A stretch of 64,000 bases of DNA from Phoronis australis (Eukaryota; Animalia; Phoronida): assembly GCA_002633005.1 (NCBI GenBank), contig NMRA01000037.1, forward strand, positions 1,071,136-1,135,135, given 5' to 3'. The stretch's first letter is position 1. Each line of letters begins with the position of its first letter. Positions 11,598-25,772 of the stretch are shown one piece after another. The notes under the pieces are model-generated. The model was given only the letters and a program-made list of their open reading frames with translations. It searched no databases and was not told where the DNA came from. The translations under genes were made by a program, and so were the position numbers.

Positions 11598-14500
11598 TTG
11601 CCTACCTCACAAGAGTCTTGTTGACATCAAAATTTGATTAAATTGCGTTGTTTCTGTCGCTTTTTATGAATACAAAATAAAGGTCAGTAGTGCTGCGTTC
11701 TATTTGTCAGTGTTTCAAATTTGAATTTTGTGATTCACATGCAAGGGCTGCACTTTGGTTTGCACCACCAAATGCAGGCTTGGTCACCCACTGCGGACGA
11801 ACTTTTAAAGTTCAAAGGTCGAACGAGAAGTGGGAAGAACGAGCCCGAGGTCTGCTCGAAATCGAACTCGACATCATGCGGAGTGCAAGTTTAACATTTG
11901 GTAACAACGGTTTTAAGTTTGCCTAAATTACCTTTCTGTACAATCCAAGAACATCACATTTGTCACCAGCCTACAGGGCTAAATGAGATGTTCGCATGAC
12001 AAAACGGATCTCCGCGATCAGAGTTTTCATCACACTAACTAGCAACGTGTTGGTACTTCTTGTTCAGCACCTCTGGAATGAAATCCTATTTTGATGAATG
12101 AAAGGTTTGTCAGTTGGGATATTTATAGAAGAGACTGGAACAAGGAAGAATGCTTTTCTGTCTTAAATTCTTCGCTTTTTACTACCAAAAATCAGTGCTT
12201 GTAACGTTAATTAGGCCTAGCCCTTCTATTGAATCAAGTCTGTGTCTTACGCGGTCTCCTCCACCGTGACAAACCCTGTGGATGCTCCACACGCAATCGG
12301 TGACTGCAGAGTCAGTGAGTCGGAACCCAGTTATGTCTTACGGCATTCCGCCTTTGAGTCTGGTGCGACTCTCGTTTCTCTTGCATTTATCAAACACTGA
12401 ATCACCACCGAGTTTCAATTAACCTAGCTGAGGAAGTTTATTCGATAAATAAGGGATAAACCATAATCGCCTATTTTATGCTACGGTAGGTTCTGGTGGG
12501 CGCCGTTTTCCTAAATCAAGTGTCCCTTTATTCAGAATAAGGCGTTTGCGCCTATACGCGAACCATTTGAGTCAACCATGTTTGAAGGCGACGCTCTAGA
12601 AACAGGTGTACTTTGTCTTAAAATACGCTCAGCTATTTGGATCGTGGAACGTAAAAGGTCTAATTTGCAAATAATGCAGGCTGTCGTAGCACGTCTAATT
12701 AAAGACTTGTTTTTCAGCTGGACGAACACAGTTGGCACTGATTTCACCTCTTCTAGCGAGAATTAAGGTTAAATAAATGGTTCAAGTCACGATTCCTTTG
12801 AAAGGTTTCACAATGTAGTACTAAAAGACTGTTTCAATCGATTAATATTATGCTAATTTTATCATCCTTTGTATGTGATGCAGGCTGGCATAGCACTGAC
12901 GACCAGACTTTCATGAACATGTACACGCACACGTACTTATAGGGCACAACCCAATTGAGCACTTGTTTTTGTTTTTCATTTGGAATTTTTTCTGCATTTA
13001 CTGGGAATTAAGGTTAAATAAATGTTTCAAGTCACGTTTTCACATTGTAGCACTATGGGTGTGTTTCGATTAATACAATACTTCATTCTTTGCAGTTACA
13101 TGAAAACTTTTAAATTTGCGCATGACACAGTGGTCACTGGACTGGACTGTTAACTCTTATTCCCACTGAGTGAGCACAACAGAACGTGTTGTATGAGTTA
13201 CAACTTTGGACATGTGCTGTTAAACAATGCAACTTGAAGTCTTTTAAAAATGCTTCTCACGGGTAAGGTTATGCAGTACATCGAGAACAATGCCCCGGTA
13301 TATCTGGACACGGCCTGTTTGCTTGTGACGCAAAGAGCACCTATCTGCACCTGTGCGCGAAACTTCGGCGAAGAGTCAGTATGCGAAACATGTCAGTTAG
13401 AAATCGGAAAAATGCATTATTTCGGATGGGCCTAAATACGTGCATAGGCCTACTTAGCCACAGCAATGGAACTAGTGCTAAGAAGAAATTTGAATAATCA
13501 TTTAATTATCTGATAGCCAATGATTGTCGATGAGGCTTTCTACTTGTAACAAGGCTACTGGAAAAACATGGGTTTCCAAAACAAAGGATTGTTCACGGTA
13601 CTTCGTTCACAGATTGACGATGTGCATCACTTGACAATTAAAATGAGATAAGGCCGATGAGAAGGGATCTCTACCGCATAGTTGTGATTGTCCCCGCTAG
13701 ATGTCGCTGTCTTACTGACTGCGCAAAAATTTTGTTCCGGTTTCTGCGTGGAAGTTGTTTTCGTGAGACATCGGTAAGAAAAACATGCAATAGTCCACCC
13801 CCGTCACCTTTCTTAAACCCTTACTCTATATTTCACCATTGATAATAGAGTACAATGTACAGTATGCGTGACTATCACGTAATCCCAGTGTATAAAATAA
13901 CTATTTACGGAGTTACACGATCTCGTATTTACCATTCACTAGTTTTCCAAGAATTTTCCAATTTTGCACTTTCACTGTTGACTGTTGTTAAGAAACTAAC
14001 GTGGGTTATAGAAATCTGATCTTATTCAGTGCAAGGACGAGTCCACGTCAGCACGATCTCTGGTTAATTACTGCGCGCTTAAAATACAGGCGTTATTGAA
14101 AACCATTGGCATTGATAGCCGAACAATACGATTGCCCAGATCTTAGTAAGAGAGGTTGATACTCCCAGGTCGGTTTGCCTGGGGGTAATCATATCTTACA
14201 TATTCGTTGGCAATATGTTGCTTTGTTTGATAGACAGTGGCACATTCTGAAAATTCGTGTTGCCGGAAGATTTTCTGAAAATACAATCCTGGTTAAACTA
14301 TCAAAGTCAGGTTACTATATGCATCTTATTCACGCATGCAGTCACCATTTTAAAAGTGAGCCTCTTTTTAGGTTTCAAAAACAATGCATTCTGCTCTTGA
14401 TCACAGCTCAAAGCATGTTTTTTTTCGTGTGCCTCGTTCTATTTATGTCTCCAATGCATTGTTTTTTTAAACCTAAAAAGAGGCTCACAACTAAAATGGC

Positions 14501-15198
14501 TACTGAGTGAATAAGGCGTATGTGCACCCTTCAAGTGTACACTGATGCTTACCATCAGGCATCCTTCCAGCTTGAACAAATATGATACTATCAACATTTT
14601 TGCTCATGATCCTTCATTCCGTCAACAAAATCAAAGACTGAACTCCACTACAGTCAATGTGCTCAAGGTCAAACAAAAACATGTTGTGTGGGGGTGCTAA
14701 GTATAATGAGACAACTCCTATGGTAACACTTGGGGTTTTGTTACCCCAACGCTTTAGCGAGACGAAGCCAGACTGTGACTAACCCATCCTAATTGATTCA
14801 CAAATTAAAGCTCGTGGCTTAGAAGAAAACCTATTTGCTAATTTTTCTCATAATGCATGGATTTTAAAAATTCACAGACGGCTACTACTTACTTTTCAGT
14901 TTTAAAAACAGTTGTGTTGGTTGTTTGCCTTAAAATAATTATTGTTCATTTTTTACTTTGAAACTTTTTTGCTAGATAGCCAAAGACTTTTGCTAGATTT
15001 TCTGGGTTAAACACTGCACGCTTTTTTGTCCACTTGCATGCAAATCTTGTAAGCATGAGATTTTCCTTATGCCAGCCATCTGCCAGCCATGCTGAGAGGT
15101 GGCAGCACATACAGGGACCTGTGTTGCTTGTCTAAAAAGTGTCCAGTAAGCAACACATGTAATGTGCACTTTATCTTTTTAGGTACATATTCTTGAGG

Positions 15199-18100
15199 AT
15201 GGCGTATAAGCGACCCCAGCAGTCAAAGGTGCGTAAATTTTTGGGCACGAATAGGAGACTTATCCAAACTAATAATTGCTTACTAGTTTAAACTGCACAC
15301 ATGACACTATTTAAAAAAATCAATCTATATAGAAATTATTTTATACAGGGTTTTCCATGGAGCGCTTAGTGAGTCATGGTTCTTAATTTTTGGGGATTTC
15401 ACTTTTGATCAGTTGTACCTCAATGTTTTATTCAAAAGCTGGATGCCGTTCTAGAAACTAAAGTCTATTCCAACTTAAACTTTGACCTTATACACATCCA
15501 AACCTGTTGAGATAGCTGATACTTTGCTACAAGGGTTCTTCAATGAAAAAGTGGCCAGATGCAAATCTCGAGTTATAACCACATTTTCAAGAAATGCAAG
15601 TGGTTTTTAGGGTGTGGCTATTCTCACTGTATATGCCTTAACTTACGCTCCATGCAGCAGCTTGTAATAAGTCTCTCAGTTAGTTTCAGTAAGACACCCA
15701 GTGCTTGGGAGGTGTCGCACTTGTAACTTTAATACTGTGGTCATCACTTGAGTGTAACTTAGGATTACACAGTCATCCACAGAAACCATTGTATACTTGA
15801 GCACAGAATTATAGATAGTTCTCTTGAGTTTCTACTAAAGTAGAGTGGAAAATGTCAAAAATATTTTTTAATTTAATTTTGCCTGAGTTAAAAGGTTCTG
15901 TATTCCTTCAGTTTAACTCATTACTGTATGTTAAGTTAAGTTTGTAGATTTCAACCGTAACTCATCACTTGTGTGCGGTCTCATTAAGAGTTATATTCAG
16001 ACTCTGACTGTTGCGGCTGGATCCAAAGAAACTGCGGAACTGCCCTGTTTGTGGAAGGGCTACAGATTGACCTTTAGTTTGTCAAGTACTTTGCTTGAGT
16101 CTTTCTGATTAGCTAGTCTGTTCGCTTGATCGTTTCTTCACCCTGTATGCGGTTATGCTTGTATGTAAGACAGCCATACAACTTCTATTACAGGGACTTT
16201 TTGCTCAGCTAGAGGACATTGGAAATTCTATTGGCAAAGAGATAGACAGGGCTGGCAGGGATGCTCAACAGTGGTTTGATGGACAGAAGACTTCACCTCT
16301 GTTGGTAGGTTATAAGTGGCTGCCAGTCACTGAGTTATACTGTAAACATAATACGGTATCCTTAAAGCCCACATGAACCCAAGTTTCATCAAAGAAACCA
16401 GCTTTTGAGTTAGGTTGTGGTGCCATCTATCCACCAGTTATAACGATTAGTTATGACAATGGTGTGTGTTTTCAACCTTACAATATCACTACAAAACTGA
16501 TCTCAATAACTTTTTACTCTAATTTAGAGATGGTTTCTGATCTTGGAAATGACCGACACTTTGTTATTCCTTGAGACTATGATTGGCGCCTACGATGACG
16601 CACCATGATAAGCCAACTTGTTTACCCAGCTGTTGACACCTGAAATCTTATCTCAGTGTGGTTCAAATCAAAACTTCATTTTTGATGTAGGGCTTGTTTG
16701 TAGTAATTTTGAAGATGGCAATCATTGGCAAGTTGACACTTATCAAGTGGGGAGCATAAAAACAGAAAACAATAAATAGTTTAAAGGAATACTGCTGGTA
16801 TTTTGCGTTTTAACTTTGACGAAGAAATTTTTTGTGGGAGTGAAAACCACGATTTGTTGTTCAGTGCAACAATAAATGTCACCACTAGTTGGATATAATA
16901 GATCCGGATTTAGAGAACCAGTTTCATCCACTAAAAGAACATGGCCGTTATTCAGTTATTGTCTGGTTCTCTAAATCAGGGTCCATTATATCCGACTAAT
17001 GCCTAATGTCACAGTTTATTTCTTGATAGTTCTCATCAACGCTACCAACGTCAAGAATCAATTACCTGATTAAACCCTGACTAGTTTCTTGTCAGTGAAC
17101 TGAGTAGTCAAAATATGCCAAGCAATTATTGTCACTGTGCTTTCTGTTCTTTCTTCATCATCCCTTGGAATCTTGACTCGGAGAGACGTTCCTCGAACTC
17201 AATAGAGTAAGACCCGTGCAGTTTAAATTAACTGAATTCTTATTTCTTGATGGTTTTTGATTGGTTTTGAATTGTTTGAGACTGAAACTGACACAAGAGC
17301 TTTTGAGTTTTCACAAAATTTTTGATTTTTCACAAACACATTGAGGTTATTGACATTTGATTGACAACGCTTCTGACTTGTCTGGGAAATAGTTCCACAA
17401 TTTTTGTTAGAGAATGCAAGGACACCTTTGGGGATTTTTTGGACCCTAAACAAAGTTCGTGATTTGTTTTGAAGAAAAACGTACACAAATTTGGTCAAAA
17501 TCAACTTTAACCATCTAATTTTCCAAACTCAGGTCCAGCAAATTTCAATTAAAATCAAACATTATGTTCAAATGTTCATAAAATTATTCAAAAGTGATAT
17601 GGATGCTGACTTTACATAAAGCTTATTCTGCGAATGATGTCGTTATTGCACGTCTTTGGTTCTAGCTTTTTTGTTCACATTCCCTGAAATCTACTTGTTG
17701 ACACGATTGCCTTTGAATCTAAAGTGAGCATTTCCTAGGCTACGGTGATGTGGCTTTGGGCAAATTTTATTTTATCATCTGATCACTAATTTTGATTGTT
17801 TTTACAGAACAGCTTCTCTACAGGGAACATTGTGACTCTGATAGCCCGATCAACAGGCCGTTGTCTACAGATACTTCAGGAACTCAATGGAACTCTAGTT
17901 GTGGATGCACTGGGAATTGACAGTCCGCAGTCTTTTAATGGTAAAAACCTGAAGCAACAGTAGCATTTTTAGCGATGCAGCGACGATCCATCGAAATAAG
18001 CAGTATCGCAATTCTTTCTTCTGAGTTTTTGGTCGACAAGTGTTTGTGTAATCAAATGTTTGAATGGTTGGGGACTTACAGCAATGGTGGCAAACTGTGT

Positions 18101-21100
18101 TTCTACGATTCTTTGTGATCCTCTTACTAGCACAACTGTGCAGTGAAGTGTTCAAATTATACCTCTGGATGAAAAAATTCTGTTTCATCCTTCTCCCAAT
18201 ACCTGCATCGGTGTGTTGCGCAAAGTTTGAGCAGGGATCAGGTGGACGTGCCTTTTGTGCTCTCACAATAGTAAAGAGTTCTTTATTTGCCAGGCTGCCA
18301 TCCTGATAGTATTTCCTTCAAAGCTCCGTATCAGTAAGATTATTCTCACTAGTGTTGGGTTATTTTGCAAATGGTTAACAGGTGGTAAAAAATCCAATAA
18401 TTTGCACGTGTCCTCCATCTTTGTACCAATTTTGTTCAAATGTTTTACACAATCTCAAATTACGTTAAAGACTTGACTACTTTTGCTGCTAACTGTCTTG
18501 ACTTTATTTCTTTCATAATCGACGTATAACATTTGATGCTCAGGAAGTAGACTATGTAACATTTTACAAATCTTCGTCATCAACATCAGTTAAAACAACA
18601 ACTATTTCCGTAGCGTTCTTATCTTCGAACAGCACGTACCATTCATTGTCAAGGGGAATGGTAAAATGCTAAAAGCGTGCGAAGTACACAATGCACTATG
18701 TATGTGACTATTACGTGAGCAGTGGAAATATCAAATACTAATGCAGGATGAGATCTCAGTCTTAAGTGCGGAGGACAGTACATGACAAAAGTAGTCGGAC
18801 AAACTACCATTTCCCCCTCATGATGGGTGATTCCGTTTACAGCATCAATGTCTGGTAGCAACGATAAAGGCGGCAAAATTCTAATTGAAGGAAGGCTTAG
18901 CCGCATAACTAACTTTCCTGTTCTCTTCTTTCTTGAACACCAGGAAAGACTACTTTGAGGATGAATTTGGATTTTGCTCAGATGGTGTATTTTTGATAAT
19001 TTTTTCTGAATACCTTTGGCTTGTACAAGATAATTAATCCATGAAATAAATGAAAAAATATGAATTTGATTTTACAGTGCACTGGACAGTTATAAATCTG
19101 GGAAACAACATTGTGCGGTTGCATAACAACAATAACTACCTGGTTATTGCCAATGGTGTTACTTGTCTTATCAATTTTGTAAGTATTTATTGTATTTTTT
19201 GCGAATAAAAAACCTAAATAGTTTGCTTTACATTAGTTCATGTTGGTTAATTGTGGACTTGGAGACATTTGTTGGACACTTTATGAAGCTTGCCTCATGA
19301 GTGAGATAATAGATTGCACATTAAGAGCATGTTGCTCCTCAAGTTGGTTGATTTTTGAGTAGCTAAAATTGACTCTATTTTGTTGTCCCAGAAATCAAAG
19401 TCATAACTAGGCCATGTATCCCTAGAAAACCACTCTTTCAAATTTCTTACTGTGACAGGACTTCTTTTCTGTTGGTGCGTAAAGCATCCATAGCGGCCTA
19501 AGAAATGCTTGAGAAAATCACCAGCCCTTCCAAAGTTTAACTTCTTTAATCTCTCATTTGCAACTGAATATTGATGTGGATTTTTTCAATTTCATGATTA
19601 ATCACTAAATGGAAGGTAATTGCTGTTCAAATATTTGTCAAATTGTTTTGTTAATAAATTGGTATTGGTGTTGGTTTTGTGATTGGCACCAACTGTGTAT
19701 TTTTTGGTAAACTGTAGTGCAATGCCAAGTCAATCAGTTCCGAAATTAATTATCTCACGCTTAATCTTGAAGCTGTTGTGGATCTTGATTTAAACCACTT
19801 GCAAGTATTTGGTCTTCAATGGTTCTTCACTCAGATTGAATGTGACTTCAGGGTTTGAAAGTGACTAACACTTTGTTATTTCTCAAGATCATACTCGATA
19901 TGTTGACTTGTTGTAGAGTCCGGTGAGTCATTTAGTGTGTCGAGGATAGCCTCAAGCAAAATCAAATTATAAGTTCTGCTCTGGAAATTACTAATACTTT
20001 GAGAAGGAGACACCGTGTGACCAGCTTTAGAGAACTTTTTGTTAGACGGTGAATTCACAGCAGCTTTGAATGATAAATTTTATGTGACACAGTTTGTCGC
20101 TCAGTTTGAATTTTTGTGGAGTACACAATTGGAACACAGGCGCATCTAACCTCTCTCATGGTTTTCTCTCTTCTTGCCAGCCTCCAGGGTCAGACCCCGG
20201 TGTAGAGTCTCAGCTGAGAGTAAGTGTCAGGGACAACGCCTTCACTGTGTTTGAGTCGGTCAAGACTCCAGGTCACCATCTTGGAGTGACACCTAATGGC
20301 AACCTCAAGCCTGCTGTGGCAACAAGCAAGATGCAAATGGATTCACACTTTAGTTGCCGTGTTGTCGTAAGTATACTTTATAATTGCTTAGTGTATCTGC
20401 TCGATGACACATTTATTTGAAAGTTAAACTGTTTTCACCTTGTAGTTTGTTGTATGAGTAGTTGGCAATTAATTTTTGTCACACCGTCGCCATGTTGTTA
20501 CAAGGAACCTGAACAGACTGTGGTTATAACACAAGGAAGGACTGTGTCAAAACTACTGAACAGTATTTCAGTTTTTGTAAGTCATTGTTTTTTGATTGTT
20601 ATCCAAAATTTTGGTTTCAATCTCTCCAGAACTACGAGCTTTGCATTTTAGGCTTCAAGCCTTCCAGTACTTCTAGTGATTATCTGATTGCAATAAATAG
20701 TAATTAGTTATGACCAAGTGTCAAGCTCTTGAGTCTGGTTTGACAAAACGTATCAATCGAATTTGTAAGTTTTAAGTCTTTGTTTCTTGTGAAAAAGCGA
20801 GATTTCGCAACACCTTGCAAAAGGGCAAGTGTTTCACGAGTTTACTCAGAAGCCTATTGTGGCCTATTCTTGGAAAATGGTGGTTAGTCTGCTCTGTTGG
20901 AACATGGCCACAACTTAGAGAGGTCGTAGTTCAAATCCTGGTGATTTCTTCAAACAGTTCTGGGATACTTCCATTTCCTCATCTTGCTGTGTTTGGCATT
21001 GGGGCACAAGTTTGAGAAATCTGTTGTAGTAGAATTAGATAGCATTGCAATAGACTGGTCGTGGTATGTTTTCAGTCAACACAGAAGGTTGCGTGGATGT

Positions 21101-21674
21101 CAGGGTTATTTGAAACTGTTCTCATTTTAAAATGTTTCCAGGTGTACACAAAAGTATGTCAATCTAACCTATGTTCCTCCGGGGCATGTAGTAACTGTTG
21201 ATGTCTTGTGGTGGCATGATTGCGTTTTGCATTTCACTGCCTGAGGATTATTTAGTTATTTTAAGGATCTTAAGATGCAAACATACTGTGGACAATTCAG
21301 TCTGAGAATGCCTGCTCATAAGTAGGTGGCTTTAGGTGACCTGGAAGACATGACAAAAGTAAGACAATAAAGCAATTAAAAATATCGTCAATGTGCCGTT
21401 TTATGCAGACATTTTTCCTTTCAAACTTCTGGATGGCCCCCTTACAGCATCTTGGACAGCAGTGTAATAAAAGAGCTCATCAACTTTGAGGCTTGACTCC
21501 TCGTCCAAAGGCATGATTGACACATGCAAGAATATTGATAGTTGAGAGTGGTCCCTCAATTTAAATAAATTTTACTCATCAGCGGTTGTGTGCTGTGTTA
21601 TCCTTGTCTTACACATTGGTTATTTTCTCTTCCAGTACTCACCCTACCCACAACCAGCACCTGGTAAACGGTAA
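15199..21674 (+). CDS. Leaderless FGF/IL-1-like beta-trefoil protein, paralogue B (about 199 aa, 6 coding exons)
   Basis: Exons 15199-15228 (MAYKRPQQSK), 16194-16304 (GLFAQLEDIG..AQQWFDGQKTSPLL), 17808-17940 (NSFSTGNIVTLIARSTGRCLQIL..), 19078-19178 (HWTVINLGNNIVRLHNNNNYL..), 20181-20366 (..FESVKTPGHHLGVTPNGNLK..HFSCRVV), 21636-21674 (YSPYPQPAPGKR*). All junctions are GT-AG and in frame, with exon-by-exon homology to paralogue A. Candidate polyA signal AATAAA near 23973. Confidence 0.8.
16886..16998. repeat. Inverted repeat with 36-bp arms (intronic hairpin or small MITE)
   Basis: TAGTTGGATATAATAGATCCGGATTTAGAGAACCAG (16886-16921) versus the reverse complement of 16963-16998, 4 mismatches. 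Confidence 0.75.
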
Positions 21675-24600
21675 AGTACACAAGGTGGCGCTGCTAGATT
21701 GGATATGGTTCACAGTCTATGACTGAGATTATGACCAGCATGATTCAATACCCATTGGGTGGCTTCTGTTTGGAATTTGACACTGTGCTTCCATGTAGAA
21801 CAGTTGATATGCTGAGAAACACCCAAGGGTCAATATATTTAGTGTATGCAACCTTATAACCTGAACTAAAGCCTGACCTCTTTAACCCCAGACCACAAAT
21901 CTCATTGCAGTACAAGGTTATAATGTGCAATGTCTGATATACCATGTTCATTATATATGTTTTCATGTTTCAACTAAGTTTAAAAAGTACGGTGTTTTGG
22001 AATCCACATTAATTTTATGTATATTATTTTAGAACACTTGTTAACAGCCTATCTTGAGATAGTTATTGCTGTGTGCCAGTGCGACCCTGGTGATAATCGG
22101 AACCAGTGGCTGGAAAAACTGACCTTAGAGAGAGCAACACAATGAAATCTGATTGACCAACCAAAATGAGATATGATTGGTTTATGAAAATCATAATGGC
22201 AGCTGTGTTGAAGTTTCGAATTGCTGATGAAAACAAAATAGCTACAATTATTTGACTACTCTCTGTAGGGCGACAGTGTCGATGTGCTCTATTCAATGCA
22301 AGGAATGGATTGATTGGCCAAACTCGTGTATACGTTGAACTTCAATACACTCTCACACAGTGTCATACAGAGTGTGTCTAGCAGCACTGAACAATGTTGC
22401 CCTATAATTTGCATAATATTATGTAAGCTACCGTGGGTAGGACCAGCTTTGGATGTCTGTCATAAACAAATGGCCAGAAGTGAGCTGGAAATATGTGCTG
22501 AATCATGTTCTGATGTTTTACACAGCCTTTTGTTGTCTTGAGTGATTGTGGAACCGGCGCTTGTACAATGTGGGATAGTTGGATTTAATCTGTCATTGTT
22601 GATGCAACAGAAAGTTTGTTTGGTAAATATAGTTAGGGGAGGCGTTGCTGCACCTTCCATCCAATCAGAATGATGGAATGTAATTTTGTACTCTTAAAAC
22701 CAGTGAATCAATTATACAATGTAACTTCTGTAGATGGCACTTAGTGTAAAAGTGTACGAATGACATTAGGTGTGACAGAATCTGATTTCTCTTCAATGCA
22801 GTGTGTCATTGATATTATTGGCCCATGTAGCCGTATTTTCGTCTAGCCTCGTGTATGAGCTGCAACAAAAACCGATCAGATTGAAAAGAACTTTATTTTA
22901 TGTGTCACTGCTGTGTCCTGGGTAAAATGTGCTGACAAAAATGATAGACAATGCAAACATAGGACTTAGCTTATTTCATAGTATTGATCCTTGTGATTTA
23001 AATGGTCTGCTGCTCTATATTTCTTTACGAGAAACAGTGCTAAGATTTGAGCTTTTATTATCATAAAGTTGTATTGTAAATTGTACTTTGAGCCATGGCT
23101 TTCAACATTTATGAATCTGATTATGATATTGTAGACATAAATGTATCCTCATATTCTGAGAACGTTCTTATTGGGCTATTGAAATTTTTATGTCTACCAG
23201 TTACTATGGAGACATTATATTCTAAAACATTTAAAATGTTTGAGGTCCTAAAGAATTTTTTCTTTTTCTGCTCGTATTTGTCTTCCTCTGGCTCACTAGA
23301 CTCAGTTGCGTGTAGTTGTCGAGAGGTGGGTCACTGGAAAATTCAAATTGTGTGCAGAATATAGTGGTATTAGTGTAATACTTTTCTCATTTTCACCAGA
23401 AACTTGTGAATTGTAATGACAATCTGCACCCACTTCAGAATGAGACATGGCAATTTGTTGTAACGTTTCTTCAACACTATATGGCTGAACAGTGAAATTT
23501 TACTTCCATCAGAATTTTCAACAAGAGTAAACAATAGGACAATTTTATAACTTGATATGATACAGCTGTCATAAACACGAAACACGCAATGAAATTTTAG
23601 CAATGCTGTAGGTGTCTTAGTGAAAAGTAAAAATTTTTTAATTTTGTCGATTTTTTTGTTCGAATTTGAGGGAACTTTACCGTAAGCTATCAAATGTTGG
23701 TAAAACTACGCTCGTATGGTGGCGTAACGAATTTAGCAAACTGTCTAGAAACGCGATGAAATATTAAATTAAAATTTTCAACTCCTAACACTCGGAAAAA
23801 GTATTTACTTTTGATTATGAAGTAATAAATTTGTTCTAAATGAATTTTATATGATACATTAGCTGCAGATTCTCTGATACACTATTGAATGAACGATTAG
23901 TTGTATGTTTTTGACTACCTTGAGTTGCACTCTGCCATTGTTGAATCAAACTAAGTACTGTCTTATACTTGAAATAAAGTTATCATAGAAATCAAGAATA
24001 CAAGTGAGGTTGCCACAAACAAAGATCAAATCTGTTTGCATCCTCGAACTGCTTCGTCCATCACAGAAATACAAACAGTATAAAATAGAAAACGCTTCAA
24101 TGAAAACTCGTACGTCCGCTACATACTATCCGTGACCATCGAGGTACGTGAAGATAGCCTCCAATATTATGAGTAGTCTAACACAATAGAACTTAAGAAA
24201 CGTAAATCACATGATCTGTCATTCACAAGAGGCTATGGTATTTACTATAATGTTTACTATGATAACTGCTATAACAAGATATGACACCATGAGATTATAC
24301 CGCGGTTTACCTCAGCAATTTCAAAATTTGCCTTGACCATATATCCCGGGATGTCATGTTTAGCGCCTCCTTTGGTAATAGAGTAGGATTTTGAGCCCCT
24401 ACGCCCAAGACCTACGGTAAAATTTAACCCGAATCCGGTTTGGGACAATTAAAATGAATTATTTTGCTCAGCTTGTACCGTAATAATGTTATCCCAAATT
24501 CAAGAATTACAATGAACGACAAACGATCATTCTGTGGGGACTCATCGAAAACGTTGCGTCAGTGGCAGTTTTCGACAATTTTATCAACTGCAAGTCTGTT

Positions 24601-24780
24601 TTCAGACTCTGTTGATACAGATGCATTGTCGATCATAAATAATGAATGCCAAAATCGCCCACTTTCCAATGTACAGAAACAAGAAAATTCAATTTTGCTT
24701 TGAATTTCGGTGTCCCAAAGTTTAGAAAATATCACGTACATGAGAAAGTTTACCGTATTAGTGTTAAGAACTATCTGGGT

Positions 24781-24918
24781 CAGTGGCAGATTTAGGGGGG
24801 GGGGGGTAATAAGGTCCACAAACCCAAAAATTCGAGACCCCCTACATCCCAACATGAGGCAAAATTCTAGTTCTTCCTGTGCCCTGCCCCCCAACTCAAA
24901 ATCCTGGATCCGCCCCTG
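24781..24918. mobile_element. MITE, CAG(T/G)GGCGGAT-type TIR with G-run
   Basis: CAGTGGCAGATTTAGGGG.. / ..CCTGGATCCGCCCCTG; related to elements at 46545 and 50874. Confidence 0.7.
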
Positions 24919-25529
24919 TGAATTCTGGTGATCTTAGAACCATGAGTCTAGGGAACGTGTTCTTGTGACGTTAGAACGAAGACTCTGTGCAAAGTGCATA
25001 CTAAGTCTGCAATATAGGGTGCTCATAGTAAGACCCACATATCTGGAGTGTTTATTTTGATGATACATCCAACCAACAGAGGGCATATGAGTTTACATGC
25101 CACATGTTTTGGCCAAAGCGTGGCGTCAAGTTGTGGTTTAGCAGACATGTTGTTTCTCATTACCAGAGAAGAGGGCTTCTTACTTTTACAATACCAGTCG
25201 TTTATTCAATACAATGTCTCTGCAAACAGAATCCAATATAAAACTGAAGATCATCTTCAGCTGAATTTGAGCTACAACTTAAAATAACCTTTCATCTGCG
25301 TGAGGACTATTTACATAGCCACTAGTTGAGGGTTACAGTTCCAGCTCTACTAGAAAATATTGAATTCTTTACTGTCAAAGAAACTGTCTTGATTAGATCA
25401 TCTACAGAGGTAAAAGAGCATTCGACTCGTTGCCCGGCGACACGAGGAGTGAGTAAGGACTCGGGAAGAATCGCTCGCTCGTGAATACTAGTCACGGAGC
25501 AGCGACCGTGTCATAAATTGACCTGCAGT

Positions 25530-25772
25530 GACAAGAAACTGACTTAAGTTCATTTTTGACTTAAGTCTAAGATTTGTCTCAACTTCCAAACTTTCACATC
25601 CGGTAAGAAAAGTAAAAAAAAATTAAGACAAAACTTAAGTGAAAAAGTCGAATTTAATTAATGTTTTTATTGAAACGGTTTTGAGGAAAACTTTAGTACC
25701 AGAAGTTTTATTTTAAAATGGACTGAAACTTAAGGTTTGTCTTAGATAAGTCAGTTTTCTTAAAACATGGCC
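25530..25772. mobile_element. Degenerate palindromic MITE with many CTTAAG motifs
   Basis: AAGAAACTGACTTA near the left end is inverted relative to TAAGTCAGTTTTCTT near the right end. Confidence 0.4.

Noticed and set aside
17895-18960. Coding-looking minus-strand stretches inside a gene B intron (123-aa and 85-aa ORFs)
   Set aside because: No recognisable domain or consistent exon structure; possibly a decayed transposon but unsupported.
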